A model generated the notes under the pieces. It was not told the DNA's origin and did no database searches. It worked only from the letters and a program-made list of their open reading frames with translations. Position numbers and translations under genes: made by a program. A DNA stretch of 64,000 bases from the NCBI GenBank assembly GCA_963796055.1, contig CAWCKH010000004.1:3520001-3584000 (forward strand). Reading direction: 5' to 3'. Positions 1 to 11,462 of this stretch are shown here, piece by piece (the stretch's first letter is position 1; every line of letters begins with the position of its first letter). This DNA is from an uncultured delta proteobacterium (lineage in GTDB: Bacteria; Myxococcota; Myxococcia; Myxococcales; Myxococcaceae).

Positions 1-509
1 AGATCCGCGCGGCTCTGCCCAAGCAGGGGACCGAGCCCTCTCCGGAGCAGCGCAAGAAGCTGGAGAACATCGTCACCAGGGCGGTGGACCTCGAGGGGAT
101 GGCGAAGTCGGCGCTGGGCAAGACCTGGACCGAGACCCCGCCGGCGAAGCGCAAGAAGTTCCTCGACGCCTTCAAGGGGCGCTTCCGCAAGGCGACCAGC
201 GAGCAGCTCGATCAGTACCGATCCACCGAGGTGAAGTACCTCCCGGAGAAGAAGGAGGACGAGGACACCATCGTCCCCACCGAGGTGACGGTGAAGGGCG
301 AGCCCACGCACATCGAATACCGGATGCGTCAGGAGGGCGGGGACTGGCGCATCGTGGACATCGTGGTGGACGACGTCTCCACCGTGGAGAACTACCGCTC
401 GAGCTTCAACCGGATCATCAAGAAGGAAGGGATGGACGGGCTCATCGCTCGCCTCAACGGCACGGGCAAGGTGGTGGACTCGGGCGGGAGCAAGGGCAGC
501 TCTCGCTGA
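1..509 (+). CDS. MlaC/Ttg2D-family phospholipid-binding periplasmic protein (5' partial)
   Basis: Frame open from the window edge; DLEGMAKSALG..W, YRM...WRIVDIVVDDVSTVENYRSSF match the MlaC pattern. Confidence 0.8.
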   Translation, partial: IRAALPKQGTEPSPEQRKKLENIVTRAVDLEGMAKSALGKTWTETPPAKRKKFLDAFKGRFRKATSEQLDQYRSTEVKYLPEKKEDEDTIVPTEVTVKGEPTHIEYRMRQEGGDWRIVDIVVDDVSTVENYRSSFNRIIKKEGMDGLIARLNGTGKVVDSGGSKGSSR

Positions 510-562
510 CCCCTCAACAGTCCCCGGCGGCCCCCTGTCGGTCGTGGCAGGCTGGCGCGGCC

Positions 563-1798
563 ATGCAGCCCCTCCCGGACACTCTGGCGCAGGCAGTCAT
601 CCCCGCAGGGGTGCGGTCGCTGCTCGAGCGCCTGCAGACGGTGGGGCACGAGGCCTGGCTGGTCGGAGGCGGGGTGCGAGACCTCTTGCTCGGGCAGCCT
701 CCCAAGGACTGGGACATCGCCACCCAGGCGCTCCCCCAGGAGGTGACGAAGCTCTTCCGGCGGGTGGTGCCCACCGGAATCGCGCACGGGACGGTGACGG
801 TGCTCGTGCCCGAGGGCCACGTGGAGGTCACGACCTTCCGGGTGGAGAGCGCCTACGTCGACGGCCGGCGGCCCGGGGCGGTGGAGTTCCGGCGGGACCT
901 GGTGGAGGACCTGGCTCGGCGAGACTTCACCATCAACGCGCTGGCGTTCGATCCGGTGGGCCGCCGCTTCCGGGATCCGTTCGGAGGACAGGAGGACCTC
1001 GCCCGCCGGCGGGTTCGCTGCGTGGGCGTGCCTGCCGAGCGCTTCGGCGAGGACGGGCTGCGGCCGCTGCGGGCGGTGCGGTTCGCCACGGTGCTGGAGT
1101 TCGAGCTCGAGCCCGAGACGGAGGCGGCCATTCCCGGCGCGCTCGCGGTGTTCGACAAGGTCGCCCTGGAGCGGAGGCGGGACGAGTTCCTGAAGCTGCT
1201 GCTTGCGCCCGGGGTGGTGCGGGGACTCGAGCTTCTGCGAAGGACGGGGCTGATGGACCGGCTCCTGCACGAGCTGGATGAGGCGGGTGACCCCGAGCGG
1301 AACGTGCGCGTGAACCGGGCGCCGTCGATGCTGGAGGTGCGGCTGGCAGCGCTGCTCGTCGGGGTTGCGCAGCCGGAGACAGCGTTGGACCGGCTCCGGC
1401 TCCCCGCGAAGGTGGTGGAGACGGTCCGGGCGCTCCTCGCGCATCCGCTCCCACCCGAGGCCTCGACCTGGAGCGACGGTGAGCTCCGGGGCTGGCTCGT
1501 GCGCCTCGGCCCGGAGCGCTGGGAGCTGGCCTGCGCGCTCGCCCGGGCGACCGGCGCCGATGCGGGCGGGATGCTCGGCGAGCGGCTGGGGCGGATCGTC
1601 GCCGCCCGGCCGCCCCTCTCGCCGAAGGACCTCGCGCTGGATGGGGCGACGATCATGAAGGTGCTCGGGGTGGGCCCCTCGCCCGCGGTGGGTGAGGCGA
1701 CCCGGTTCCTGCTGGACGCGGTCCTCGAGCGACCGGAGCTCAACACCGCAGACGAGCTGGAGAAGCTGCTCCGGACGCGCCACCTCGCAGGCCCCTAG
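563..1798 (+). CDS. Class II tRNA nucleotidyltransferase (CCA-adding/poly(A) polymerase family), no HD domain
   Basis: VGGGVRD, DWDIAT, EVTTFR, DLARRDFTINALA, EDGLR, ERRRDE motifs. Confidence 0.9.
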   Translation: MQPLPDTLAQAVIPAGVRSLLERLQTVGHEAWLVGGGVRDLLLGQPPKDWDIATQALPQEVTKLFRRVVPTGIAHGTVTVLVPEGHVEVTTFRVESAYVDGRRPGAVEFRRDLVEDLARRDFTINALAFDPVGRRFRDPFGGQEDLARRRVRCVGVPAERFGEDGLRPLRAVRFATVLEFELEPETEAAIPGALAVFDKVALERRRDEFLKLLLAPGVVRGLELLRRTGLMDRLLHELDEAGDPERNVRVNRAPSMLEVRLAALLVGVAQPETALDRLRLPAKVVETVRALLAHPLPPEASTWSDGELRGWLVRLGPERWELACALARATGADAGGMLGERLGRIVAARPPLSPKDLALDGATIMKVLGVGPSPAVGEATRFLLDAVLERPELNTADELEKLLRTRHLAGP

Positions 1799-1857
1799 CC
1801 TCGGGTCCGGTCCGCTCCCGCGGCGCGCGACGGCGCCCTGTGCTACCAGAGGCCCCG

Positions 1858-2904
1858 ATGCGGGTGGTCGTCGCCATGAGCGGCGGGGTCGATTCGTCGG
1901 CTGCCGCCGCGCTGCTGGTCGAGCAGGGACACGAGGTCCTGGGCATCACTCTGCGCGTCTGGTCCTACGAGGGCCCCGCCCGCTGCGGGAGCTGCTGCAG
2001 CCCGGACGACATCGACGATGCCCGCGCCGTCGCCAGCAAGCTCGGCATTCCGTTCTACGTCTCCGACGCCGAGGAGCTCTTCAAGCACCGGGTGGTCCAG
2101 CCTTTCGTCCAGTCGTACCTCGATGGCAGGACACCGGTGCCGTGCGTGGCCTGCAACCGGGACGTGAAGTTCGACTTCCTGCTCGCTAGGGCGCGTGCGC
2201 TCGGAGCACGGCTCGCCACCGGGCACTACGCGCGGATCGAGCGGGCCGGGGTCACCCACCGCCTGCTCCGCGCCGCCGATCGGTCCAAGGACCAGAGCTA
2301 CTTTCTCTTCACCCTCGGCCAGGCGGCGCTCGCCCAGCTCGAGTTTCCGGTCGGTGGGCTGAGCAAGCCCGAGGTCCGCGCCATCGCCCAGCGCCACGGT
2401 CTGCCCACCAGCGAGAAGCCGGAGAGCATGGAGATCTGCTTCGTCCCGGACGGCGACTACGCCGGCTTCGTCGAGCGGGTCGCCGGTCCACAGCCGGTGG
2501 GCACGGTGCTGGACGGCCGGGGCCAGGTGCTGGCGCGACATGGCGGGATCCACCGCTTCACCGTGGGCCAGCGCCGGGGCCTGGGCGTGACCTCGGCCGA
2601 GCCGCTCTACGTCCAGCGCATCGACGCCGGCGCAGGGGCGGTGGTGGTCGGGCCGGCGAGCGGGCTGGAGCGTTCGGAGTTCACCGTGCTGCAACCCTCG
2701 TGGGTCCAGAGCACGCCCTCTCCCGAAGAGCCCGTTCAGGTTCGCATCCGTCACCGCCACGCCGGAACCCCGGCCCGCGTCGTCGCCACCGAGCGCGAGC
2801 GGCTCACCGTGCGCACCGAGGAGCCTGTGCGGGCCGTCACTCCCGGACAGGCTGCGGTGTTCTACCGGGGCGACGAGGTGCTCGGGGGCGGGTGGATCGG
2901 CTAG
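1858..2904 (+). CDS. mnmA: tRNA-specific 2-thiouridylase MnmA
   Basis: AMSGGVDS PP-loop, PCVACN, ATGHYA, KDQSYFL, TVGQRRGLG, TPGQAAVFY. Confidence 0.95.
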   Translation: MRVVVAMSGGVDSSAAAALLVEQGHEVLGITLRVWSYEGPARCGSCCSPDDIDDARAVASKLGIPFYVSDAEELFKHRVVQPFVQSYLDGRTPVPCVACNRDVKFDFLLARARALGARLATGHYARIERAGVTHRLLRAADRSKDQSYFLFTLGQAALAQLEFPVGGLSKPEVRAIAQRHGLPTSEKPESMEICFVPDGDYAGFVERVAGPQPVGTVLDGRGQVLARHGGIHRFTVGQRRGLGVTSAEPLYVQRIDAGAGAVVVGPASGLERSEFTVLQPSWVQSTPSPEEPVQVRIRHRHAGTPARVVATERERLTVRTEEPVRAVTPGQAAVFYRGDEVLGGGWIG

Positions 2905-2917
2905 AAGCGATCGCAGA

Positions 2918-3847
2918 ATGGACCGCCGCGCCGCCTGGATCCTCGGCCTCGTCTTCGGAGGCCTCTTCCTCTGTCTCTTCGCCTTCATGGCCCTGGCCTG
3001 GATCGCCATCCAGGGCGGGAGGGGCGGGAACGTCATGGCCCGCGCCGGGGGCGACCGGGTGGGCGTGGTCGAGGTCACCGGGGTCATCGCCGACGACAAG
3101 ACGACGCTCAAGGAGCTGCGTGAGTTCGCCGAGGATCCGCGCATCCGCGCGGTGGTGGTCCGGATCGACAGCCCGGGCGGCTCGGTGGGCCCCTCGCAGG
3201 AGATCTTCGAGGCGATGAAGCGCCTGCGGGCGAAGAAGCACGTCCTCGCCAGCATGGGCTCCATCGCCGCCTCGGGCGGCTTCTACGTCGCCATGGGCGG
3301 GGAGAAGATCTTCGCCAACCCGGGCACCCTCACCGGGAGCATCGGGGTCATCTCCGAGTTCCCCAACGTCACCGGCCTCCTGAAGTGGGCCGGCGTCGAG
3401 ATGCGAACCATCACCGCCGGCAAGCTCAAGGACGCCGGCAGCCCCTTCCGCGAGATGAGCCCCGAGGAACGCTCTTACTTCCAGGCCATGCTGGAGGACG
3501 TGCACACCCAGTTCATCGGCGCGGTGGCCGACTCGCGGAAACTCTCCGAGGAGGAGGTGCGGAAGGTCGCCGACGGTCGGGTCTTCACCGGGCGGAAGGC
3601 GAAGGAGCTGAAGCTGGTGGACGAGCTCGGGGGGCTCCAGGACGCGGTGCGCGAGGCGGGAAAGCTGGCGGGCATCAAAGGCGAGCCACGCATCGAGTAC
3701 CCCAGCAAGGACCGGCCGCTGTTCCGCGCGCTGTTCGGCGAAGAGGCGCAGTCGCTGGTGCACGCGCTCTCGGTGCGGGTGGGCGAGGTGCTGTCGGCGC
3801 CCGGGCCGAGGCTCCTCATGGCGCCGCCGGGGTCGGGGGAGCCCTGA
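2918..3847 (+). CDS. sppA: Signal peptide peptidase SppA (36K type)
   Basis: N-terminal TM; RIDSPGG, AASGGFY, TGSIGV, DGRVFTG. Confidence 0.93.
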   Translation: MDRRAAWILGLVFGGLFLCLFAFMALAWIAIQGGRGGNVMARAGGDRVGVVEVTGVIADDKTTLKELREFAEDPRIRAVVVRIDSPGGSVGPSQEIFEAMKRLRAKKHVLASMGSIAASGGFYVAMGGEKIFANPGTLTGSIGVISEFPNVTGLLKWAGVEMRTITAGKLKDAGSPFREMSPEERSYFQAMLEDVHTQFIGAVADSRKLSEEEVRKVADGRVFTGRKAKELKLVDELGGLQDAVREAGKLAGIKGEPRIEYPSKDRPLFRALFGEEAQSLVHALSVRVGEVLSAPGPRLLMAPPGSGEP

Positions 3848-4350
3848 TGGACCACCTCTGGGCCCCCTGGCGGCGCGAGTTCATCGACGCGCCCCGGGAG
3901 GAAGGCTGCATCTTCTGCCGCTACCCCGAGGAGACCGGGCGCGAGGCGGACCGGAAGCATCTCATCCTCGGCCGGACGGCGCGCAGCTTCGCCATCCTCA
4001 ACAAGTACCCCTACAACAACGGGCACCTCATGGTGGTGCCGCGGCGCCACACGGGCGACTACGCCGCGCTGGACCGCGAGGAGCTGGAGGATCTGCAGCA
4101 CCTGCTCCAGCAGGCGGTGAAGATCGTCGGCGAAGTGTACCGGCCGGGCGGGATGAACCTGGGGATGAACGTCGGCCACGATGCGGGAGCCGGGTTCGAG
4201 GGGCACCTGCACTGGCACCTCGTTCCGCGCTGGCGCGGGGACACCAACTTCATGCCGGTGGTGGGTGCGACCAAGGTGATGATCGAGACGCTCGACCAGA
4301 CCTGGGACGCGCTCCAGCCGCGCTTCGAGGCGGCGCTCTCCGGCCGCTGA
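3847..4350 (+). CDS. HIT-family hydrolase (Ap4A phosphorylase/FHIT-like)
   Basis: Start TGATG overlaps the sppA stop; LWAPWR, CIFC, NKYPYNNGHLMVVP, HLHWHLVPRW. Confidence 0.9.
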   Translation: MDHLWAPWRREFIDAPREEGCIFCRYPEETGREADRKHLILGRTARSFAILNKYPYNNGHLMVVPRRHTGDYAALDREELEDLQHLLQQAVKIVGEVYRPGGMNLGMNVGHDAGAGFEGHLHWHLVPRWRGDTNFMPVVGATKVMIETLDQTWDALQPRFEAALSGR

Positions 4351-4362
4351 AGGGCCCCTGCG

Positions 4363-5544
4363 ATGGACGGTGCTGGTCTGCTGGTCCCCGTGCTCGCCGC
4401 GACCGCGGTGATGGCGGTGCTCGGGCTGCTCGCCGCGCTCTCCCGGAAGCGGAGCACCGAGGATGCCAGCCGGGCGTACCTGGCCGGGGTGCGCTACGTG
4501 CTCTCGGACGAGCCGGACGCGGCCATCGCCGAGCTGTCGCGGGCAGCGCAGCTGAACACCGGCACCACCGAGACCTACTTCGCGCTGGCCGCGCTGATGC
4601 GGCGCAAGGGCGAGCTGGCCTGGGCCATCCGGCTGGGACAGAACATGCTGCTCAAGCCCCAGCTCCAGCCCGAGGTGCGGCGGCGGGCCCGGCTGGAGCT
4701 GGCGCTCGACTATCGCCGCGCCGGGATGCAGGACCGGGCCCGCGAGACCTTCGAGGCGCTGGTCGCCGACCCGCCGCTCCCGGCCGAGGCGCTGATCGCC
4801 TTCCGCCGGCTGCTCGAGGAGAGCCGGGAGTGGGCCCGGGCGGTGGAGATACAGGAGCTGCTGGTCAACGAGGAGGGCGGGGGCGAGGACGTCCTGGCGC
4901 ACCTCCTCGCCGAGCAGTCGCTGGCCACCGCCGTCTCCGACGCCAGCTCGGCGCGCGCGCTGGCCGAGCGTGCCGCCGCGCTGGTCCCGGACGGGGCGCA
5001 CGGGCTGCTCGCCGTCGGCCGGGCGCGGCTCGCCTCCGCTGACCCGGCTGCGGCATGTGCCGCAGCCGAGCAGGCGGTGGCCAGCGAGCCGGAGACGGCC
5101 GCCCAGGGCTACGCACTGGCCCTGGAGGCCGGCGCGACTCCCGAGGCGTGCGCAGGGTGGCTGGGTGCAATGGAGGAGCCGCTCGGCGAACGCGCGCTTC
5201 CGGTCTCGCTGACCCGCGCCGAGGCGCTGCTCCGCGCCGGCCGCGCGCAGGACGCAGCCTCGGTGCTCCAGGCCGCGGTGAACCGCACGCCGCGCTCGGT
5301 GGAGGCCCGGCGCGCGCTGGGCGAGCTCCTCCTCTCCACCGGACAGCTCGACTCGGTGCGGGACCAGTACCGCGAGGTGCTCCGGCGACTCGGTGACCCG
5401 CTGCTCGCGTTCCGATGTGGGAGCTGCCGAGCCCGCTTCCGCACCTTCGACTTCCGCTGTCCCGGGTGCGGCGCGTGGGACGCGCTGTCGCGGGAGCGCG
5501 GATCGACCACCGGGGAATTTGACCCACTCCGGAGCCGGGCGTAA
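4363..5544 (+). CDS. LapB/YciM-like TPR protein with C-terminal rubredoxin-like Zn site
   Basis: N-terminal TM, YLAGVRYVL..EPDAAI, TPR-like helices, C-terminal CGSC...CPGCGAW. Confidence 0.75.
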   Translation: MDGAGLLVPVLAATAVMAVLGLLAALSRKRSTEDASRAYLAGVRYVLSDEPDAAIAELSRAAQLNTGTTETYFALAALMRRKGELAWAIRLGQNMLLKPQLQPEVRRRARLELALDYRRAGMQDRARETFEALVADPPLPAEALIAFRRLLEESREWARAVEIQELLVNEEGGGEDVLAHLLAEQSLATAVSDASSARALAERAAALVPDGAHGLLAVGRARLASADPAAACAAAEQAVASEPETAAQGYALALEAGATPEACAGWLGAMEEPLGERALPVSLTRAEALLRAGRAQDAASVLQAAVNRTPRSVEARRALGELLLSTGQLDSVRDQYREVLRRLGDPLLAFRCGSCRARFRTFDFRCPGCGAWDALSRERGSTTGEFDPLRSRA

Positions 5545-5560
5545 TCCTGTCCATGTCTTG

Positions 5561-6319
5561 ATGCGTGATGCCCACCGGATGCGGGAAAAGTACGACCTGT
5601 CGCTGGACAGCCGGCAGGTGGTCAGCCTGCTGATCGGCGGCATCGTGGTGCTGGGCGCGGTCTTCGTCCTGGGCGTGCTGGTAGGCAAGAAGCTCGCCGG
5701 GACCCCCCGGACCGACCGGGCGCCGGACCTCCTCACCGCGCTCGACCACAAGTCGGACGCACTGGAGCGCGCCAGGGCCGCGCCCCCGCTCACCTTCCAG
5801 GAGGAGCTGACCCGGCCCACGCCGTCGGCTCCGACGGTGACCCGCGCTTCGCCGGCGCCCGCCTCGAGTCCGACGGTCGCCCGTGCTCCGGTCACCGCGG
5901 CTCCAGCCACCTCCGCCGCCTCGGCGAGCACTGGCCCGGCGACGGCCAGCACCAGCACCGCCGCGGCGAGCAAGGCTGCGCCGACCCCCCGGGCGGAGGC
6001 GGTGCCCACGGCCGCGGTCGTGACGTCGGCGCCAGCGGCTGCCCATTCCACCCCGAAGGTGCCCGAGGCGACCAGCCCGACCGGGGCCTTCACCCTGCAG
6101 CTCGGGGCGAGCCCCAGCCGTGACGACGCCGAGCGCCAGGCGAGTCGCTTGCGCGAGAAGGGCTACGCGCCGTACATCGTGGCCGCGGAGGTCCCGGGGA
6201 AGGGGACCTGGTACCGGGTGCGGATGGGGAGCTTCCCCACCAAGGACGCCGCCACCCGCTACTTGCAGGACCTCAAGCGCGAGACGCAGGCCGAGGCGTT
6301 CGTCGCATCGACCAGGTGA
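5561..6319 (+). CDS. SPOR-domain (FtsN/DedD-like) membrane protein
   Basis: TM segment, Ala/Pro/Thr linker, C-terminal FTLQLGA...WYRVRMGSF SPOR motif. Confidence 0.85.
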   Translation: MRDAHRMREKYDLSLDSRQVVSLLIGGIVVLGAVFVLGVLVGKKLAGTPRTDRAPDLLTALDHKSDALERARAAPPLTFQEELTRPTPSAPTVTRASPAPASSPTVARAPVTAAPATSAASASTGPATASTSTAAASKAAPTPRAEAVPTAAVVTSAPAAAHSTPKVPEATSPTGAFTLQLGASPSRDDAERQASRLREKGYAPYIVAAEVPGKGTWYRVRMGSFPTKDAATRYLQDLKRETQAEAFVASTR

Positions 6320-6330
6320 GCAGGGAAGCG

Positions 6331-6693
6331 ATGACCACGACACGTCGGGTGGAGAAGCCCTGGGGCTACGAGCTGATCTGGGCGCACACCGATCGTTACG
6401 TGGGCAAGCTGCTGCACATCGCCCAGGGCCACAAGCTGTCACTCCAGTACCACCGGAAGAAGGACGAGACGATCCACGTCCAGAGCGGACGGCTGCTCTT
6501 CGTGGTGGACGAGGGCGACGGCCTGATCGAGCGAGAGCTGAAGCCCGGCGAGAGCTACCACGTGAAGCCGCTGACCAAGCACCGGATGGTGGCGCTCACT
6601 GACTGCGACGTGCTCGAGGTCAGCACCCCCGAGCTGGACGACGTGGTCCGGCTCGAAGATTCGTACGGCCGGGCCGGAACGTCCGCCCCCTGA
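6331..6693 (+). CDS. Cupin-domain protein (mannose-6-phosphate isomerase type II-like)
   Basis: VEKPWG, LSLQYHRKKDETI, HRM...EVSTPELDDVVRLEDSYGR. Confidence 0.85.
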   Translation: MTTTRRVEKPWGYELIWAHTDRYVGKLLHIAQGHKLSLQYHRKKDETIHVQSGRLLFVVDEGDGLIERELKPGESYHVKPLTKHRMVALTDCDVLEVSTPELDDVVRLEDSYGRAGTSAP

Positions 6694-6729
6694 GGCTCCG
6701 GCGGCCGAAGGCCTGAGCGAGACAGGTTC

Positions 6730-7350
6730 CTACGGGGCTTTCCCCGCCGTGGCCGGCTCGCTGCCCTTGGTCCAGCGGTCCACCTGGCCGTCGCCGTCGA
6801 GGTCCTCGCCGATCCGGTCGATGGCCCCGTTCTCCCAGTACTCCCAGTAGTCGACCTTGCCGGAGCCCTTCACGTCCCGCTCCTTGCGGGTGAGCTTCTC
6901 GTTGCCGTCGTAGTAGCTCCAGGTGTCCACCCGGCCGTCGCCGTCGAGGTCCTTCTCCGAGCGGACCTTCTTGCCCTTCTCGAAGTAGAGCGTGTCGTCG
7001 ACCTTGCCGTCGTAGTCCAGGTCCATGGTCTCCCTGGTCACCTGCCCGTCGGCGTCGAAGTAGTAGACGATGTCCACCCTGCCGTCGGCGTTCAGGTCGG
7101 CCTCCTTGCGGACCCGCCGCTCCACCGGCCGCCCCGAGGCGTCCTGGGTGCTGATCGAATAGACCCACACGTCCGGCTTGCCGGTGCGGTGCAGGTCGAA
7201 TGCCTGGACGTGCTCCTCCCCGGTGGGCTGGTGGATGTCGCTGCCCACTGCGCTGGTGGCCCCGGCGGCGGGTGCCGCTGCCTTGTGGCCGGCACACCCG
7301 GCGCCGAGCACTCCCACGGCCGTGAGCAGCACGCATCCCAGCGTTTTCAT
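6730..7350 (-). CDS. Lipoprotein with repeated DxDxDGxxD (Ca-binding-like) motifs
   Basis: Lipobox LGAG-C after MKT; repeats DLNADGRVD, DLDYDGKVD, DLDGDGRVD, DLDGDGQVD. Confidence 0.75.
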   Translation of the reverse strand: MKTLGCVLLTAVGVLGAGCAGHKAAAPAAGATSAVGSDIHQPTGEEHVQAFDLHRTGKPDVWVYSISTQDASGRPVERRVRKEADLNADGRVDIVYYFDADGQVTRETMDLDYDGKVDDTLYFEKGKKVRSEKDLDGDGRVDTWSYYDGNEKLTRKERDVKGSGKVDYWEYWENGAIDRIGEDLDGDGQVDRWTKGSEPATAGKAP

Positions 7351-7451
7351 GGGCATGCATTGTCTCCGATGCGCTGACCCGCACACCAGGGGTTCCGGGG
7401 AGGAGCCTCTGTGGCCGCAGGATGACCCTTCATGTACCTTCACCGCTGGCC

Positions 7452-7631
7452 ATGCCGAGGAAGAAGCTGTCCACCACCATCTACATCACCCCGGAGCAGA
7501 ACGCGCAGCTCAAGCTCCTGAACGAGAAGACCAAGGTCCCGGTGGCGGAGTACATCCGGCAGGGCATCGACCTCGTCCTGGAGAAGTACCGGTCGCATCT
7601 TCCCGGGCAGGCCCGCTTCGAGGACCTCTGA
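7452..7631 (+). CDS. Ribbon-helix-helix DNA-binding protein
   Basis: 59 aa; KKLSTTIYITPEQ beta-ribbon followed by two helices (PVAEYIRQGID). Confidence 0.8.
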   Translation: MPRKKLSTTIYITPEQNAQLKLLNEKTKVPVAEYIRQGIDLVLEKYRSHLPGQARFEDL

Positions 7632-7644
7632 CACATTGGACGGC

Positions 7645-8624
<980 letters not shown>

Positions 8625-8628
<4 letters not shown>

Positions 8629-9557
8629 AGGTCCTGGTCACCGGAGGAGCCGGCTTCATCGGCAGCCACGTGGCCGACGTCTTCCTCGAGGCCGGCCACG
8701 AGGTCTGGGTGCTGGACGACCTCTCCAGCGGACGGCGCGAGAACCTCCGCCCCGAGGTGCGGCTGGTGGTGGCGGACATCCGCTCCCCTGAGACCACCCG
8801 CCTCGTCGAGTCCGAGCGCTTCGAGGTGATGTGCCATCTCGCGGCGCAGATGGACGTCCGCCGCTCGGTGACCGATCCGCGGTTCGATGCCGAGGTGAAC
8901 GTCGCCGGTTTCCTCAACCTCCTCGAGGCGGCACGGAAGTCCGGTCTGCGGAAGGTGGTCTTCAGCTCCACCGGCGGGGCGATCTACGGCGAGCAGGACG
9001 TCTTCCCCGCGCCCGAGTCCCACCCCACGCGCCCGGTCTCCCCCTACGGCGTCTCCAAGGCCTCGGGCGAGCTGTACCTCGGCTACTACCGCGCCCAGTA
9101 CGGGCTGGCCTCGGTGGCGCTCCGCTACGCCAACGTCTACGGCCCGAGGCAGAACCCGCACGGCGAGGCAGGCGTGGTGGCCATCTTCTCGGAGCGGCTG
9201 CTCCGCGGAGAGACCTGCACCATCAACGGCACCGGCCAGCAGACACGCGACTTCGTCTTCGGCCCGGACGTGGCCCGGGCCAACCTCCTCGCCGCCCAGC
9301 GCGACGTGCAGGGGCCGATCAACATCGGCACCGGCGTGGAGACCGACGTGAACCGTCTGTACGCGATGCTGGCCGGCGCCGCCGGGACCAGCCGGGCTGC
9401 GCAGCACGCCCCGGCCAAGCCCGGCGAGCAGATGCGCAGCTCGGTGGACCCTTCCCACGCCGCACGGGCGCTCGGCTGGCGCCCCACGGTGGCACTGGAG
9501 GAGGGTCTGCAACGCACCGTCGGCTGGTTCCGCGGCCGATCGCCCCGGAAGGCGTAG
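8625..9557 (+). CDS. UDP-glucose 4-epimerase-like NAD-dependent epimerase
   Basis: TGGAGFIG, HLAAQMDVRRSV, SSTGGAIYG, YGVSK, RYANVYGPRQ. Confidence 0.88.
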
Positions 9558-9647
9558 CCTGGGGCGGAGGGGGCGCTGCGGGGGACGGTGGCGCCCTGGC
9601 TCCCCGGGGTGTTAGGGAGCCGCCGCGACGTCCCGGGACTCCCCAGC

Positions 9648-11459
9648 ATGCCGGCAGAGAACGCCCACCTCCGCAACTTCTGCATCATCGCCCACATCGA
9701 TCACGGCAAGTCGACGCTGGCCGACCGCCTGCTCGACAAGACGGGCACGGTGAGCAAGCGCGAGGCGCAGGACCAGTTCCTGGACAACATGGAGCTGGAG
9801 CGAGAGCGGGGCATCACCATCAAGGCCCAGTCGGTCCGGATGCAGTACCGGGCGAAGGACGGAAAGGACTACGTCCTGAATCTCATCGACACGCCGGGCC
9901 ACGTGGACTTCGCCTACGAGGTCAGCCGGTCGCTGGCGGCATGCGAGGGGGCCCTCCTGGTGGTCGACGCCTCTCAGGGCGTTGAGGCCCAGACCCTGGC
10001 CAACGTCTACATGGCGCTGGACCAGAACCTCGAGGTCATCCCGGTGATCAACAAGATCGACCTCCCGTCGGCGGATGTGGCGCGCACCCGCGCGGAGATC
10101 GAGGACGTCATCGGCATCGACGCCTCCACCGCCGTCCCCACCTCGGCCAAGGAGGGGATCGGCATCGAGGAGATCCTCGAGGCGGTGGTCGCCCGCGTGC
10201 CGCCGCCGAAGGGTGACCCCGCGGCGCCGCTCAAGGCCCTGATCTTCGACAGCTGGTACGACAGCTACCGCGGGGTGGTGGTGCTGGTGCGGGTGCTCGA
10301 GGGGACGCTGGAGCTGAAGCAGCAGATCCTCCTCATGTCGAACGGCAAGAAGTTCGAGGTGCAGGAGCTCGGGGTCCATGCCCCGTTCACCCGTCCGGTC
10401 GGTCGGCTCATCGCCGGCGAGGTCGGGGTCCTGGTGGCCAACGTCAAGGAGATCCACGACGCCAAGGTGGGCGACACCATCACCGAGGCGGCCCGCCCCA
10501 CCGCCGAGCCGTTCCCCGGCTTCCAGGAAGTGAAGCCGATGGTGTTCAGCGGCGTCTTCCCCATCGACTCGGCGGACTACGAGAACCTCCGGGACGCGCT
10601 GGAGAAGCTGCAGCTCAACGACTCGGCATTCACCTACGAGCCGGAGACCTCCACCGCGCTCGGCTTCGGCTTCCGCTGCGGCTACCTCGGGCTGCTCCAC
10701 ATGGAGATCGTCCAGGAGCGGCTGGAGCGGGAGTACGGGCTCAGCCTCATCACCACCGCGCCCTCGGTCGTCTACAAGGTCTTCTCGGTCAAGGGCGAGG
10801 AGATGCTGATCGACAATCCGGCCAAGCTCCCCGCCTCGCAGCACATCGAGCACATGGAGGAGCCGGTCCTCACCTGCCACATCCACGTGCCCGACGAGTA
10901 CCTGGGCGCCATCCTCAAGCTCTGCCAGGACCGCCGCGGGGTGCAGAAGGACATCAAGTACCTGGGCAGCTCCGGAAAGCGGGTCCAGGTCACCTACGGA
11001 ATGCCGCTGTCGGAGGTGGTGTTCGACTTCTTCGACAAGCTGAAGAGCGTCAGCCGGGGCTACGCCAGCCTCGACTACGAGCTCGCCGGCTACCAGACCT
11101 CGGACCTGGTCAAGCTCGACGTGCTGATCAACGGAGACCCGGTGGACGCCCTGAGCGTCATCGTGCACCGCGATCGCGCCTACCAGCGCGGCCGTGACGT
11201 GTGCGCGCGGCTCAAGGAGGTCATCCCCAAGCAGATGTACGAGGTGGCGATCCAGGCGGCGATCGGCAGCCGGGTGATCGCCCGCGAGACCATCTCCGCG
11301 ATGCGCAAGAACGTGCTCGCCAAGTGCTACGGTGGCGACATCAGCCGGAAGCGAAAGCTCCTCGAGAAGCAGAAGGAGGGCAAGAAGCGGATGAAGCAGG
11401 TGGGCTCGGTGGAGATCCCGCAGGAGGCCTTCCTGGCCGTGTTGAAGACGGAAGGCTAA
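9648..11459 (+). CDS. lepA: Elongation factor 4 (LepA)
   Basis: [50 protein letters not shown]. Confidence 0.98.
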   Translation: MPAENAHLRNFCIIAHIDHGKSTLADRLLDKTGTVSKREAQDQFLDNMELERERGITIKAQSVRMQYRAKDGKDYVLNLIDTPGHVDFAYEVSRSLAACEGALLVVDASQGVEAQTLANVYMALDQNLEVIPVINKIDLPSADVARTRAEIEDVIGIDASTAVPTSAKEGIGIEEILEAVVARVPPPKGDPAAPLKALIFDSWYDSYRGVVVLVRVLEGTLELKQQILLMSNGKKFEVQELGVHAPFTRPVGRLIAGEVGVLVANVKEIHDAKVGDTITEAARPTAEPFPGFQEVKPMVFSGVFPIDSADYENLRDALEKLQLNDSAFTYEPETSTALGFGFRCGYLGLLHMEIVQERLEREYGLSLITTAPSVVYKVFSVKGEEMLIDNPAKLPASQHIEHMEEPVLTCHIHVPDEYLGAILKLCQDRRGVQKDIKYLGSSGKRVQVTYGMPLSEVVFDFFDKLKSVSRGYASLDYELAGYQTSDLVKLDVLINGDPVDALSVIVHRDRAYQRGRDVCARLKEVIPKQMYEVAIQAAIGSRVIARETISAMRKNVLAKCYGGDISRKRKLLEKQKEGKKRMKQVGSVEIPQEAFLAVLKTEG

Positions 11460-11462
11460 GGC

